From NCBI GenBank assembly GCA_040954595.2, contig CM082586.2:1053630-1117629 (forward strand): a DNA stretch of 64,000 nt. The letters are read 5' to 3'. This document shows positions 1-12,600 of the stretch, in pieces. Every line of letters begins with the position of its first letter. The first letter of the stretch is position 1. The position numbers and the translations under genes were made by a program. The notes below the pieces were generated by a model. The model had not been told where the DNA came from, searched no databases, and saw only the letters and a list, made by a program, of their open reading frames with translations. The stretch is from Balanoglossus misakiensis (Eukaryota > Animalia > Hemichordata).

Positions 1-1409
1 GGGGATCAACTTATAAATACCATGAATCTACAAATGAATAACGTCGATAACTCCAGACAATTGCATCCGTATCCTTATCTTTTACGGCATCATCCATACT
101 AGAGCACAGTTTCTGATATTAATAAGTAGACCATTATTAAATTATCATTAGAATCTTAACACAACTGGCGACATGTTGTCTGAATGTACTATGCGCACAA
201 ATTGTGAAGTTTAAGACGCAAAACTTGTAGTCAGAACTATGATATAATTACTAAATTTACCTCAACTTATGCATGTTAATGTTTACCTTCAGCAAATTCT
301 GTACTGTGAACCATGTCAGTTACTCGGTGGAATTGCTGGAGTGTTGCATTAATGTTGTGCTGTGTTGTGTTACGTACGTTACATTACTTTATATGCTGTT
401 ATGTTGTGCAATTAAGTCTGTGCTACAGCTATTCAACACCCCTTCTTGAATTCTAACCAAGAGCAGCAGTGCTCACCTAGATAACCATCATCATCTGAAT
501 GTTAAGGTAACACTTTGTGTTACCATGCTCCGTGTTAATGATGTTTGCAGCTGTGTCACAGTGTTGGATCAGTGGCAAAGTGAATATCAGACAAGAGATA
601 TAAATAGGCCAGGTAGATAACATGCAAAATGCACACCATGCCAAATTCCAAGGTTAGTGATATGGACAAAGGCATGTAACCGGAATAGAGCCAACTTTGA
701 TAGGATATTTACATTACTATCTTTAAGGTAGCATGGACGCTTTTGTGACCACAAGAAGCTTCGACAGGGTATAAAAGGTAGTGTGGTATGTTATGTGACC
801 ACACTGTCTGCCATCAAATTTGCTGGCAAATATCATAGCAAAGACCTACCTGTATATCGATGGAAAATCCTTTATGTGAATGATATGTATCATCACAGCG
901 TGTTGTTTAATTGTCTTAGATGTAAATATAACAGATTTGATTGGGCCATGCGCAACGTATAACCGGTTGCCATTGAAAGGGACAAAGTTGCTCATATTTG
1001 ACAATTTGGTTTTTGTAGTTTCATTTGATGGCTTTACAGTGTATGTTGTTCAGTTCAGTTGTATAAATTGTTGCAAGTATAACAAAACCTTGTTAACACC
1101 AGGGAAAAAATGAGGTTGTGTTGTGTGTGTGTGTGTGATTTGTTTTGGGCGTTGCATTCTTATCACTAAGCATTCATTGCAATCTAGACACAGGTGGCTT
1201 TTCATTTTCACTGTGAACGGGAAAAGCATACAAAGTGTTTCTTTTTTACTGTGTTGATCGACATAAAATCGATGGTCAGTACATTCCTTCTGTGTAGCTC
1301 GATCTGTTTCCATTGGAAGTGAATACATGACACAGCATCAGTTTAATGATTTAAATTAACATATCGAGTCTATTTTCAGCATCCTTGGAGTCAGATCTAT
1401 ATTTATTTT

Positions 1410-1521
1410 GCAATTATGTATACTTGTGGACCGATGGCCTATAGCATATTTTAATATATTAGTAAGCAATTATGTATACTTGTGGACCGATGGCCTATAG
1501 TATATTTGAATATATTAGTAA
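1410..1521. repeat. Direct tandem duplication, 2 x 56 bp
   Basis: The unit gcaattatgtatacttgtggaccgatggcctatagYatatttKaatatattagtaa starts at 1410 and again at 1466, with 2 mismatches. Confidence 0.9.
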
Positions 1522-3507
1522 TACATGTAATACAATTCGTGTGGCACGCACAAGGGATTTGAAATACATTGTGTTCTGCTTATTTTATTCTCCTCCAGAT
1601 ATCATGAATATATTTGGAGGCAAAAATCTGAAGGAGAATGTAGGATTGTATAAGTTGGCAGTACGCACTAAAGTTGGTGAATTTAGAAACACCAGTTCAC
1701 TCAAGTCTAGCCCCTTTTTGTGTTTTTGATGTACAGATAACATGCCTTCATTAACATTCAGTGGAAGCAATAAAGTGGTGCGTCCTCTAGAGGCCAATAA
1801 AGAAAATGAAAACTTGCAAATTCATCAGGCACATCTCTTGGTACTTGTCCCTCCTGCGAGACACTGGCAATACACATAGTCCCACTAACGTCAAATGTTA
1901 TTCACTTCAGCTCTTGAGTTTGTCCTTGATCAATACGCAACCCCAGGCCCTTGAACTCCAAATACTTATTTGACTTAACAGAGTTTTTTCACGTTTTTCT
2001 TACTTGTGTAATTTTGCGAACCTTTTCTGGTTATATGGAATACTTCAATTTGACACAACATCCAAAAAACATAGCGGTGTTGGCCATATTGGAATTTTAA
2101 TTCTTCGTTTGTTTGTCTGTCCACATTCCGCATTCAAAATGTACATGTACGACATACAACACGCTTAAAATTCTAGATGGTTGCCTCAATTTGACTTTGA
2201 TTGATGAGCACGTCGATTGTCATAGCCAATTACCCTCTCTACCGTGAGGTTGCATCGGAAATCAAACAGGAACAGGCACATTTCCGGGGAAAGGGCACCA
2301 AGGCGCAAATTTATAATCAACTTCGTCAATGACATAGAATACTTCCGTCGACAAAAAAATGGTTATTATCGTCAATTTCTCTTCTTATTCTTGATGAAAA
2401 ATGAACAAATTTAATGCATAGATTTCCCCCTAATAAAAAGAACTTTATTGGTATTTATGAGACAATGCGGAATGCGCCTGTGAACTGAAGTTTGCCGCAG
2501 TTCTTCAATGTTGGCAATTGCAATTGTAGAGGTGGCCACGTAAGGTACTTGTCCACAACTATTAAGACGAGGTCTTAATTGACACTCATTATATAGCTTG
2601 ATGCATTCTTTCCGTCAAATTAAACTCGTCTGATAGCCTTAATCACAGTCCCCACGCTCCGTTGGTCAAGGCTTTTGTTTCCTCGTAGGATAACCACTAA
2701 GTTGATAGCCTTAATTATTGTGTAATTTGCGTGGCACGTTTGTCTGTTGTTGCCGTTGTCATCATTGGTTTTCGAGACACGTCCATGACCGACAAACCCT
2801 AAATGGACGGGCCCAAGGCCAGAGTTGATCGACCTTGTCCCACCAAATGCACAATGCATTTAAATGCTGATAAATTTGAGTAAAGTGTGTGTCAAAAATA
2901 ATAATTAAAACAATTGCCATATATTAATTATGTACAACTGATCCTCGGTGCTGCGTTTATGGCTTCCCATATCGATTTTTTTCAGGTGGTTGTATTGAAC
3001 ACACGACAAGTTTTACCTGAGTTTTACGATGGTCGCGTTTAACATTATTGAACATTAATTTCAGAGGGAGGGAGACCGTGGGGATGACATCATCACCACG
3101 CACCACCTGGGTCATCACAGGTGCACACTTCATAGATATTGTGACGGAAACCCGAACAGTTCATCCGCCTGAGCCTCTCACAATGAGTGCTGGTCGCCAA
3201 GACGCGTTTCTCCAAACTTCTGTATAAACTTCAGACAAAGATGTAGGCACAGGCCAATTTCTGAGTGTTTGAACCTTCTTATTAGAATCAGAGCGCGCAG
3301 AGTTCGCACGCACTGCGCGCGAGCGCTGACTGGTTCCAGATTGTGACCAATCGAATACATGGATATCGAACTATGCTGACATGACAAAGAAAAGTTCGAA
3401 TATTCCATTTTGTCTCACCGTTATATTATTTTACTTGTCAAAATAGTTATGGGATGACGTTCTGAACAGTGCTGTAACACTCTGACGGATAGAAACACTT
3501 TTTTCAG

Positions 3508-4352
3508 TGGTCGGAGGGAGGGTGCGTCGGTGGCTGTCCGTAGTTGCCACCCCTCCCCTGGGGCTGACCCTCGGGAACTGTGGAATGATGACTCGTGACG
3601 ATCAAACTTCACGAACAGCCGGCGGAGACTGCCCCATCCGACGGGCATCAAGCCGGGGTGACGGAACGAAAACGAAAGACCGTAAGTTGTGTCCGTTGAC
3701 GGAGACCAACCCAAACCAACAAGTCAACAGAGAACTAAACAAAAGCAAGACGCGTTACTTTCACAACCGCAATTTTTACAGCAAACCCATTAATTACTCG
3801 CCGATTGATTTTAGAGCGTCTGCTCATTACGGCGCAGACGAATACTTCTACCCGGGAAATGAAGTGCGCCATCGCATCAGTGACACGGACTTTTCTCATT
3901 ATTCCTGTGAAAACAAGTCCTGGTACGATGTCTGCGCCGAGACGGAGAGCGTGCGCTACGGAGAACCACTCGACTCCATCTACGACAAGCTGGTGGAGGT
4001 CAGGAGTCCGCGACTTGGACGCAAGAGGCTTGATTCCACCGGCGAGAAAGACGACTTCAGCGGAATCGCCAATCGTTACGAAGAGGACATCTACGGTGTT
4101 TCCCTGGAAACTTTTCTTGACGGCTTTATAGCCTCGGACAGGTACCGCTACGAACCGGACATCCCGGATCTCCCATTTTGGCATCGCGCCCGCCCTGAGC
4201 GTCGCGACCGGAGGACGGAGTACGTCGAGAGGGCGCCGATGCCGCAGAAAGATTGGCCAGGGGATTTCATCGATTCCCCGAAATGCAAACCGATAACGAT
4301 ACTGAAGCGAAAGTATGATACGTCTTCCATGACCACTAGTATCAGACATTAA
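3508..4352 (+). CDS. Uncharacterised coding exon/ORF (255 aa from ATG 3585, or the terminal exon of a gene starting upstream)
   Basis: 845-nt open stretch, visibly richer in GC, CpG and C/G-ending codons than its flanks. It is preceded by a polypyrimidine acceptor (cactttttttcag|, AG 3506-3507). In-frame ATGATG at 3585 and stop TAA at 4350-4352. No recognisable domain. Confidence 0.5.
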
Positions 4353-4926
4353 ACCGGTAGTTTTGTTTAATATACCGCTAGAGATATTGATCCTGCTTAA
4401 TTTCTAAATCTACATTCCTCTATTATTCTCTTCTGCTTTTTATATGACTAAAAGAACTTGCAAACCTCGTGAAATCACTCCATTCCCACGCTTATCCTGC
4501 GATTGAAAATAAATCGTTTTGGTCGTTTTACGAACATATTCTGCAAAGCTATTTACTAAAAACCAGAACACCACGACATTATATTAAAATGCGTTTATGT
4601 CAAACACACCTTGTCATCTCGTTGATCGTTTATCAACACATGGCTGGAATTATCTTGGGATAATTGCATATTATAATATGTAGGCCTATACAAGACTCTG
4701 GCATGATTCGAACAACACGTGAAAACTACAAAGGCTGTTGGCCAATCACTGGACATTGTGTGGTGGGGCTGGCCAATCACTGGGCGTTGTCTTGACTTGT
4801 CCAATCACTGGAAGGTTCAGCTTGTTTTCAACGACGTGATAAGAAACTGCAGTTGCACAAAACAAAATATTCACAGAGTGGAATCTCTGCCCCTTTAAAC
4901 TGAGAATGCCCCCCCCCCCCAGTGAT

Positions 4927-5637
4927 TCAATAATCTTGCACTAATTTAATCTTCTGTTCTTCCATAAAATCCAACAGTTTCTTTGATCTCAGTTCTATAG
5001 TTTTGATCATGTCATCAATTCTGACCTCCGTCATTTCCTCCCAGTAAATCTTGTCAGCGTAGAGAGATCGTCGGAGCATGCTTCGTAGAAGCCCTGATTT
5101 GATTATTGCGATGCTGTGTTCCGGTAATCTAAGTGGAGAAAGGAAAACAAGTGAAAACAACTGTTCACATATCCGAACAAAATCCCCCAAGAGGTTCGGA
5201 TTATCAACGTTCTTTTGCACTACTTCAATATCTCTAGTGAATTTTATTTTCCAAAGTGTGGTTTGTGATGTCCCACCAAGCGGCGATTTTTCAGAAAGGA
5301 AAGGTACAGCGCCCTCCAAGTCCATATTAACTTCTGCACTTACTCTTCCAATCCGGCCAACAGTTTGTAATTCAGAGCGTGAATACTTCTTCCGGGGTTG
5401 CCGGCATTGTCGATCAACACGAGTCTGCTGGTGTCTGTGCTCCGTACCATGATGTGAACCAGCATCAGTTTCTCTGGCTCGTCGTAACATTCCATGTTGA
5501 ATTTCTTCTGAAAACACCTTTCCCCTTCGCTAACGTTGTGATACCCACAGCAGTTTCTGTCAAGTCTGTCGTAGTTCTAAAATTATAGGTAAAACAAAAT
5601 CCTTAGTTACTCAGTAAACATGTGGTGGTGGTGGTGG

Positions 5638-5718
<81 letters not shown>

Positions 5719-6686
5719 CATCTTCACCATTATCATTGTCTTCATGTTGATGACATCATCATCCTGTTGTTGCTTACCTGGATGAGGAAATCTAGCAACG
5801 CCATCCTTGACCATTCGATGAGACGAATCGGGAAATTGCAGATAGTTGAATCGCCGATACTGTTGTCTTTGTCCCAGCATCTCGCTTTTAGAATTCGCAG
5901 ATACCCAGGCCACGAGACATCTATCGTGTTCTGGTCACTTTGGTAAGTGCCTCCGTGAAGGATATTGGGCTCGAACCACACCACCGGCCGGACTTTGCCG
6001 TCGTGAAGTGTTACGTTCGGGTTCTCGGGAAACTTGGGGAATTCGCTTCGGGCCACCATGGGCAGGCTGCGGTTCAGGCCGAGAATCCGGTCGAGGTGGA
6101 ACGCAAATATCTCGTAGATGTCGTCGACGGTCTTGACTACGGCGCACTGCTCGAGGCACTCAATCTCCGAGCCGTTAAACGGCGTCGGGTAGGGTTCCCC
6201 CGTGTCGTAGACGATCCGGCTGATATTCACTCGGTGAGGGAGCGGTTTCAGTCCCAGGACACGGTTGTGCGACATCATCTGAAGTCGCATCACGTCCCGC
6301 TCTGAAAACCATGGCGGGAGCGAATCGTCTAACGTCATCCTGAAGTTCGAATTCCCCACATTTTTCATTTCCTCGATGAACTCCGCTCGGTGACGTCTTC
6401 CAATCTGTGTTATTTTCAGCCACTGTGCATCCACGTCCGCATCGATTCCCCCTGACCCTCTTCCTTTGTGAATGCTCTCACGAGGGAAATGCCAAGTATT
6501 GCCAAACCCGAACACATCTCGGTCGTGTTCTCGTTGTCGAGCCTGGTCGTTCACTCGAGAAACCGTTTTCTTTTCCTCCTCAAAAATGTGCCATTTTCGT
6601 TCAAAGTAGCCGAATTCCAAGACAATGATTGCGATAGCAGCTACAGAGAAAAGTACCATACAAAGTTTCGTGCTTCTCCTTCTCAT
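4927..6686 (-). CDS. GASK1: Golgi-associated kinase 1-like (FAM198/GASK1 family) type II secretory-pathway kinase-like protein, ~447 aa
   Basis: Coding exons are complement(5778..6686, 5344..5576, 4927..5128), with GT-AG introns and consistent phases (0, 2). N-terminal basic residues precede a signal anchor (MRRRSTKLCMVLFSVAAIAIIVL). FAM198 hallmark motifs: EIFAFHLDRILGLNRSLP, EWSRMALLDFLIQ|NYDRLDRNCCG, LVLIDNAG, LNYKLLAGLEELPE. Confidence 0.9.
5622..5718. repeat. Compound trinucleotide microsatellite (GGT)n(GAT)n in a GASK1-like intron
   Basis: About 6 GGT units followed by about 26 GAT units, inside the intron 5577-5777. Confidence 0.95.
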
Positions 6687-9600
6687 TCTGACAAAATGTG
6701 GTGTCTTGATATGTTACCTGTAACGAGAAAGAAATTTAATTATTCCAAATATTCTATCAAAGTTTTATATTTGCACGTATAATGCAGTCGTGGCTTGGCA
6801 CAGTATGGTCGCTTCTATAGGCTACCTCTGGCCATGAGAGCTGCGCGTTGCCATACCAAAGCTGTTTTGTGCGCCTATTTGAACTGCGCACATATTTTCG
6901 ATGCCGAAAGTCGAAGGGAAAACATGGGTAAACTGCCTTTCATAGACAGATCACCAGACTACGGTAGATAATCATCGGTCACAGGCGATATACGTATCTA
7001 CAACGAGTATGACTGTATGCGTACAGGCGGAGAACAAAGATTATATGCAAAACGAGATACTAGTAAATATGCCATGGGTTCAATTCGGGTCAGAGGTTAT
7101 TAGCCGTGTGTACAAGTCTGGGTATAGAGAACTTTGAAGGCCAAAAGACGATAGAATCCCACCGTTCAACAACACATGAGCCTGAAAAATATCAAAATTG
7201 CCCCCAAAAATTGAAAAAAAAAAGTTGTCATAATGCATTAAATGTGTCTTGAATATATAACATAAGAAGACACTGGTGTCGAGATGGCATCAACAACGTG
7301 TTTTGGTCGATTCGTTTCTGGTCCGCATTGTCCGAAACAACTACGAAACCACTCAAATGACGTATACTGTTTGGTATAAACGGTTCAATGTGCGCACTAG
7401 CTACAGGCGACAACTTCAGCAATTCAGGAAAGACCTTGAAACACTCAGGCAGTCATAGTTCAAAGTGTCCACTGGTGAAATCTCTTCCGTTTCACCAATA
7501 CTGCGTCTCCTAATTTCAACTCCACGGCAGATTACATGAAACCGGACGAACTAGCTCGCTACCTGGCGTACGGTCTTACCTGCGTGATCTTCTGATCGCT
7601 GCCATGTTATTTCAATCTTCGCAGTCTGAGCGAGACTTGGCGGAGATTAAAGTCCAAAGGGTCGTGACCTCAGAAGGTCAACAACTGTTTACATCCACTG
7701 GTCGTCAGTTTATTTTGGTCAGAGTGTTGGGAGGTTCACAAGCATGGTCCCTGTCAGTGGTTCGACCGATGAGCGGTCAGGAAAGATTTTCGGGAAAAGC
7801 TTCACAGGCGACTCGTACCCGCAATCGGCAAAAAGGAGAGCAAGAATTTATAGTCAATCGCCACCACCGTGTCTTTCACAACTTCTCTCGTCTCAAAAGC
7901 TTCGCACACATTTCAGGCGTGCAAGTTCGTGATATCAAACGACTTCATCCTTCATATAGAAGCTGAGGGCGCTCGATATTATGGTCTAGCTGGAAGAGTC
8001 GCGTGAGAGTCATATTACACAGTAACGATGAAATAAAAGTCGTATAACATTCCAAAATAAATATCTGGACTTTAGTAGGACAATAAATGGTCATATTTGT
8101 GAAGATGGGACTTTGTCCGTATGTCCTGGCGAAAAGAAACCCCTTCAAAGACACGCATAAGCGACTGATGTGAGGGGTGACAACTGTTACAGTTTATTAC
8201 GTCTTGTCAGTCACGTACAGACCGTGTGGTTCTCTCATCTAACTGTGATCGAGGGTCATCGTATTAGAAATAAATGCGTTAGACAGATGGGAGACGGATT
8301 TGAAATTTCAAACTCTGTAATGTTTAATGTTATTTGCAAAATGCATTTCATTCTTGTTTCTCGCCGTATATGTCATGTGGAGACGGGTCGGACAATCGAG
8401 AAAAAATAATGGGCACCATCATTTTTATGACGAGAATTAATTATATACAGTTTGGCTACGAACAGCCTACAAAAAGTCGTCGTCTTTTAGAAGGAACCAA
8501 ACTACCACCCCCACTCAAGATTACCCCAAGACATGATCGACTTATACTTCACTTTTACTACCCCCGTCGTTTGCTATGTTCAGCTTCCGTTGGCAGATCA
8601 CCTTAGGTCGTTAAAAACCAGGTCATGGTCGTCTGGGCTCAAATCCAACTGCAGAAGTGGGACATGGAAGGTGATTTATTGCACCAGGCACAGATAGTCA
8701 CGGTAGCAGGCTCTGTGATAATTTTGCCATGGGGAATTCCTCGTCAAGTGCAAGTACTCAAAGAATTCCGGTCCAGAGTTTTCCAGCTGTTGCTAAAAAA
8801 GCACGGTTTGTGGTGATCGATGATGTTTTTGACCTTTCTCCTGGCAAGTTAGTCACGTGGAAAGAAAATCTTTTCGTCAGAATGCAGTGACAAATCGGTA
8901 AACTGGTTAAGTTTCGTCACGTGACTTCCTTTATTGTTTTTCCGTATGCGCAAGGCTCATTGAACTCCGAAAGAATTCGGCTGAAAGTGCATCGACACCC
9001 GTTGGTGTCATTTGTCTTTCGACAAAGCTATTACTGAACAACTATAAATATAAAACTCTTGAGTCAACCACACTCAAGTTTTCGATCAGTATTACAAGCT
9101 GTTGACCAGGTACACGTGATACATCTCCAAGTAAATCGGTGACTCGTTCCTTAATGTGGAAAATCCCCTTCGTCACATTTTATCAAAGTTGTTGACATCA
9201 ACTCTCAGAAAAGTTAGGAAATCCTGTGCTGATACACATACAAGTTCCAACAGAAAGTGACACGATTTATGGTGTAACCTAACATCATTGCTAGTGTGTT
9301 CAAAACAACTTTTGGAATCAAAATTTATCGCTTAAAGGTGGCGTTGGACCATCGAGGGCAGTGTCAGTCCAAAGCGCGCCTATTTTATTCCAGGGTGGAG
9401 CTATTGCTTTAGGTGTCAATGAGCATGGTGAGTGAATGATTTGCCTGTTACCCCGGATGCCGAGTTCCGTGATTCGCCTCGAGAGACGGATTTGTTCGTT
9501 ATGAGGTGAGCTCAAATTACACCGAGTTACAAAACAGTCCCGTTACTACCAGCCTAGTGTGAAAGCTTTTCCTCCTGAAGACGCTATCTCTGTCCGCTCG

Positions 9601-12600
9601 CAAGTAAGCTGCGGACCCACTGCTGCTGTTTCGCAAAGTATAACTAGCCCTGACTGGGCTTGTTTGACAGACGATAAGCTGCACCGCCTCTGAAAACACT
9701 TGAATCCGTTGACATGTAGTAGTCTTTGATGGGGGAAGGCATAACATTCCAAGCACCGGCTGCCTGTGTTCTTCTGGAAAGGAATTGTGCATGCATGTTC
9801 GAGGGCTGTTGTTCTCATTGGTACATCTGTTCGATGCATTCGCGGTCGAAAGAGGGCAGACCGACTTTGACAGAGTGGTGCTCTGGGAACATTTATAATC
9901 AAGTGCCGAGGCAAGCAAGACGTATTGTTTTTTGTTCTGTTACATGGTGATCCACACAAGACTGTTGTTTAGTGGACAGCGAGTGAACGACTACGGCCTG
10001 AATGAGGGCTCGCTCTCCGTTTAATACCGGTATTTGTGTACAGCTATTTTACTTCCCGATAATGGTAAGTTTGCCGTTATATAATGATGTCTGTGTAAAT
10101 CGTAACATCACCGACAAATGTTGTTAGAGAACGTTGTCTTGCCGTGGCCAATTTTATCACTAACATGTACGTTACACAGTATGTCCCTGGTCTACGTTCG
10201 TCTTAGAGTACAGCTCTTTATGATGGTATGTTTTGTAATAGAGCCAGTTCACTTTGCATTTGGGAAAGTACTCAAATGTGTGTGTGATTTTCAGTTCCCT
10301 CCCCCAACAGATACTGAGGTTTTAAATAGCAATGCTCTTAGTGCACATGCCAAGGAAGGTCGGAGGTCATCAGTATCTTCGTCGCGGATAATTGTAGAAC
10401 AACAGATGAGCATGGCATGAGGACGTTTTGAAATGTTTGCAATTGATTGTCGGCCAGTGCTAATTCCATGTTTTGGCCATAGTGGGGTGTTTCTCAGTGG
10501 ATAGATGGAGTACAATTCACCGAGAATGGTCTGAAATTATGAGAGTGTTTGAGACCCTCGTGTCGTGTAGGTCTTTCTAATCGGATCCAGATGTATGGAA
10601 GTCAGAAGTGTTATCAAAAGTCGAAACCACGTCACGCGCGCAACGTTTGGGGTTTCCTCTCTCAGTTCTCATTTTTGAATCGAATGTTTTCGTAATTGTC
10701 CAACAGATTTCCCCAACCGTGTTGTCTTCGTCACACTTTCAACGCTCGAAACCTTATGCTGTAAATTCGCAACGTCATATTACTCGCGAGTTAGACGCTT
10801 GTCATTACATTTATCAATCATCCACTCATATATCGACTTATCCATTCATTCAGCGCGTACTACCTTACATTTACATGTGAAGAACAACTATGGAACTACA
10901 TAAGACAGCCAGTGTCGACAGCTGAACACTCAGGCTGACTGTTTCATAACTGAGCGAAGTAAAATTATGAACTGTAGTTTATATCACAACATAAATTGTG
11001 AAACCCAAACTGCCAAAAATGTTACAGCTGCGGCCATTTATCCGCCAGAGTTAACACGTGCCTTTCAAAACTCAGTTGTCAGATGCAGCAAACTGTGAAA
11101 AGTCGTCAGCTGACAACGCCCTCTCACATTCTTCAACAACTTTGATGTGCGCGTGCGTGGGGTTTTATAACATTCAGTGTAACATATCCTAGTGCAATAG
11201 AGTATACGTAATTTACTGTGATACGGGCACAAAAATTCGAAAAATACTGACGAGACATTGTAAAATATGAAATGAAATACATCATTAATCTTTATCGTAA
11301 TTTTATGGAAGCAAATAAATGTAGAATGCATTTTTGCATTTGGTATGCCAAGTCCCGGATGTGACGTATGTACAGAATAGTTTGATTGTAAAGGTTGCCA
11401 TTTTGCACGAGAACAACTTCCTGTTGTGGTTAAGTGTTGCAAGGGAAGCACCGGTCTTTCCAACAAAGTGATGGCGGAGAAACCGTGAGTCAAGAATGTA
11501 AAATAGACATACAGAAGGGAAACTTTCCCTTCAAGCATACCGTTCCAAGGCCCATAAGTAGCAGTTGGGCGTAGGCGCGTGCCGAGACAGCAGTAATTAA
11601 ATGAACTATTCTTTATCATTAAATGACTCAGACATAAGCCAGATAAAATTTGAACGCCCGAAAACGACATACAAGAGTATCAGACGTCTGATCTCTCTTT
11701 TGGGCTAGCCGAAAACCGAATCTTTGGACTTTTTCAAAGCACAGAGTTGGTCTCTTCTGACATTAATTTCTTTGTTGTTTTTAAGTCGTGTGAGAAGTTA
11801 CATGTGGGTGATTCAATTTAAAGTGAAACTGCTTGCAACTGTAATCAGTTGTTCCAGTACAGTGGTCTACTATCGGAGTTTCAGACCGTGTAATGTAGGG
11901 CGTGAACACTGCATTGTTGATGACATAATTTTGGCCATGAATTTATTGCATGCGCAATGAACTATGACCTCAAACTCTTTCACCCCGACAATTAATCAAA
12001 GTGAAAGGAGAATTCGAACGGTTGATTATTAGAGTGATTCAGTCTGTAAAAGAGCAAAACAGAAATAAAACCATTCTTAACAGACTTAATGACAACGCCC
12101 CCATCTATAGGCGTTGATCTTGTTATCTTGCTAAATGTTTCCTACATCTGAATGTATGTGTACATACAAACGTGCCAGACACTGACTGAAACATCTGAGT
12201 GCTTGCTACGCCCAGAAGCAGAATAGACAGTTTAGTTCTGACAGCCATAGTTCACCACGTTTATTGTAAACCGAACTGTTTAGACATGTGACTTCTCAAG
12301 TGGCACACACGTTACAGAATGTTGTCCAAACACTCTAACATCTTACCATAGTGGTCTGTCTTTAAAGCTAAATCATCATCATACTGTACTCAATCGTCAT
12401 GCAGACCTCTGTAAGCAATACAAGCATACATGAGTGTGAAGAAACCTGCAACACAATCACATCAGTGATTGTATACTAGTATTGTAATAACATTTAGTAA
12501 GTATGTTGACTTGTAGTGCACTCATACACGTTGTATACCTCCCACACGGATGCTGCACAGAGGCAGTGTCTACACCTGGTTGTGTCAGTTCAAGCGACCC

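Noticed and set aside
1824-1990. Minus-strand YCQCLAG peptide suggesting a SWIM-finger transposon relic
   Set aside because: Too short, interrupted by stops, lacks the CxH ligands, and no termini were found.
3735-4349. 204-aa antisense ORF overlapping the + strand ORF
   Set aside because: Most simply a shadow ORF caused by GC-rich codon bias on the opposite strand; no motifs or independent support.
5129-5517. N-terminal part of track ORF 4927..5517 as an independent 196-aa protein
   Set aside because: Only 4927..5128 is the real frame. The upstream part is intron plus an out-of-frame reading of exon 5344..5576.
5611-5913. Poly-Ser/Pro ORF
   Set aside because: Translation of the intronic (GAT)n/(GGT)n microsatellite.
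8674-8795. Minus-strand peptide QQLENSGPEFFEYLHLTRNSPWQNYHRACYRDYLCLVQ* after an acceptor-like site
   Set aside because: No in-frame upstream exons could be linked. The resemblance to YHxxCY transposon motifs is too weak to call.
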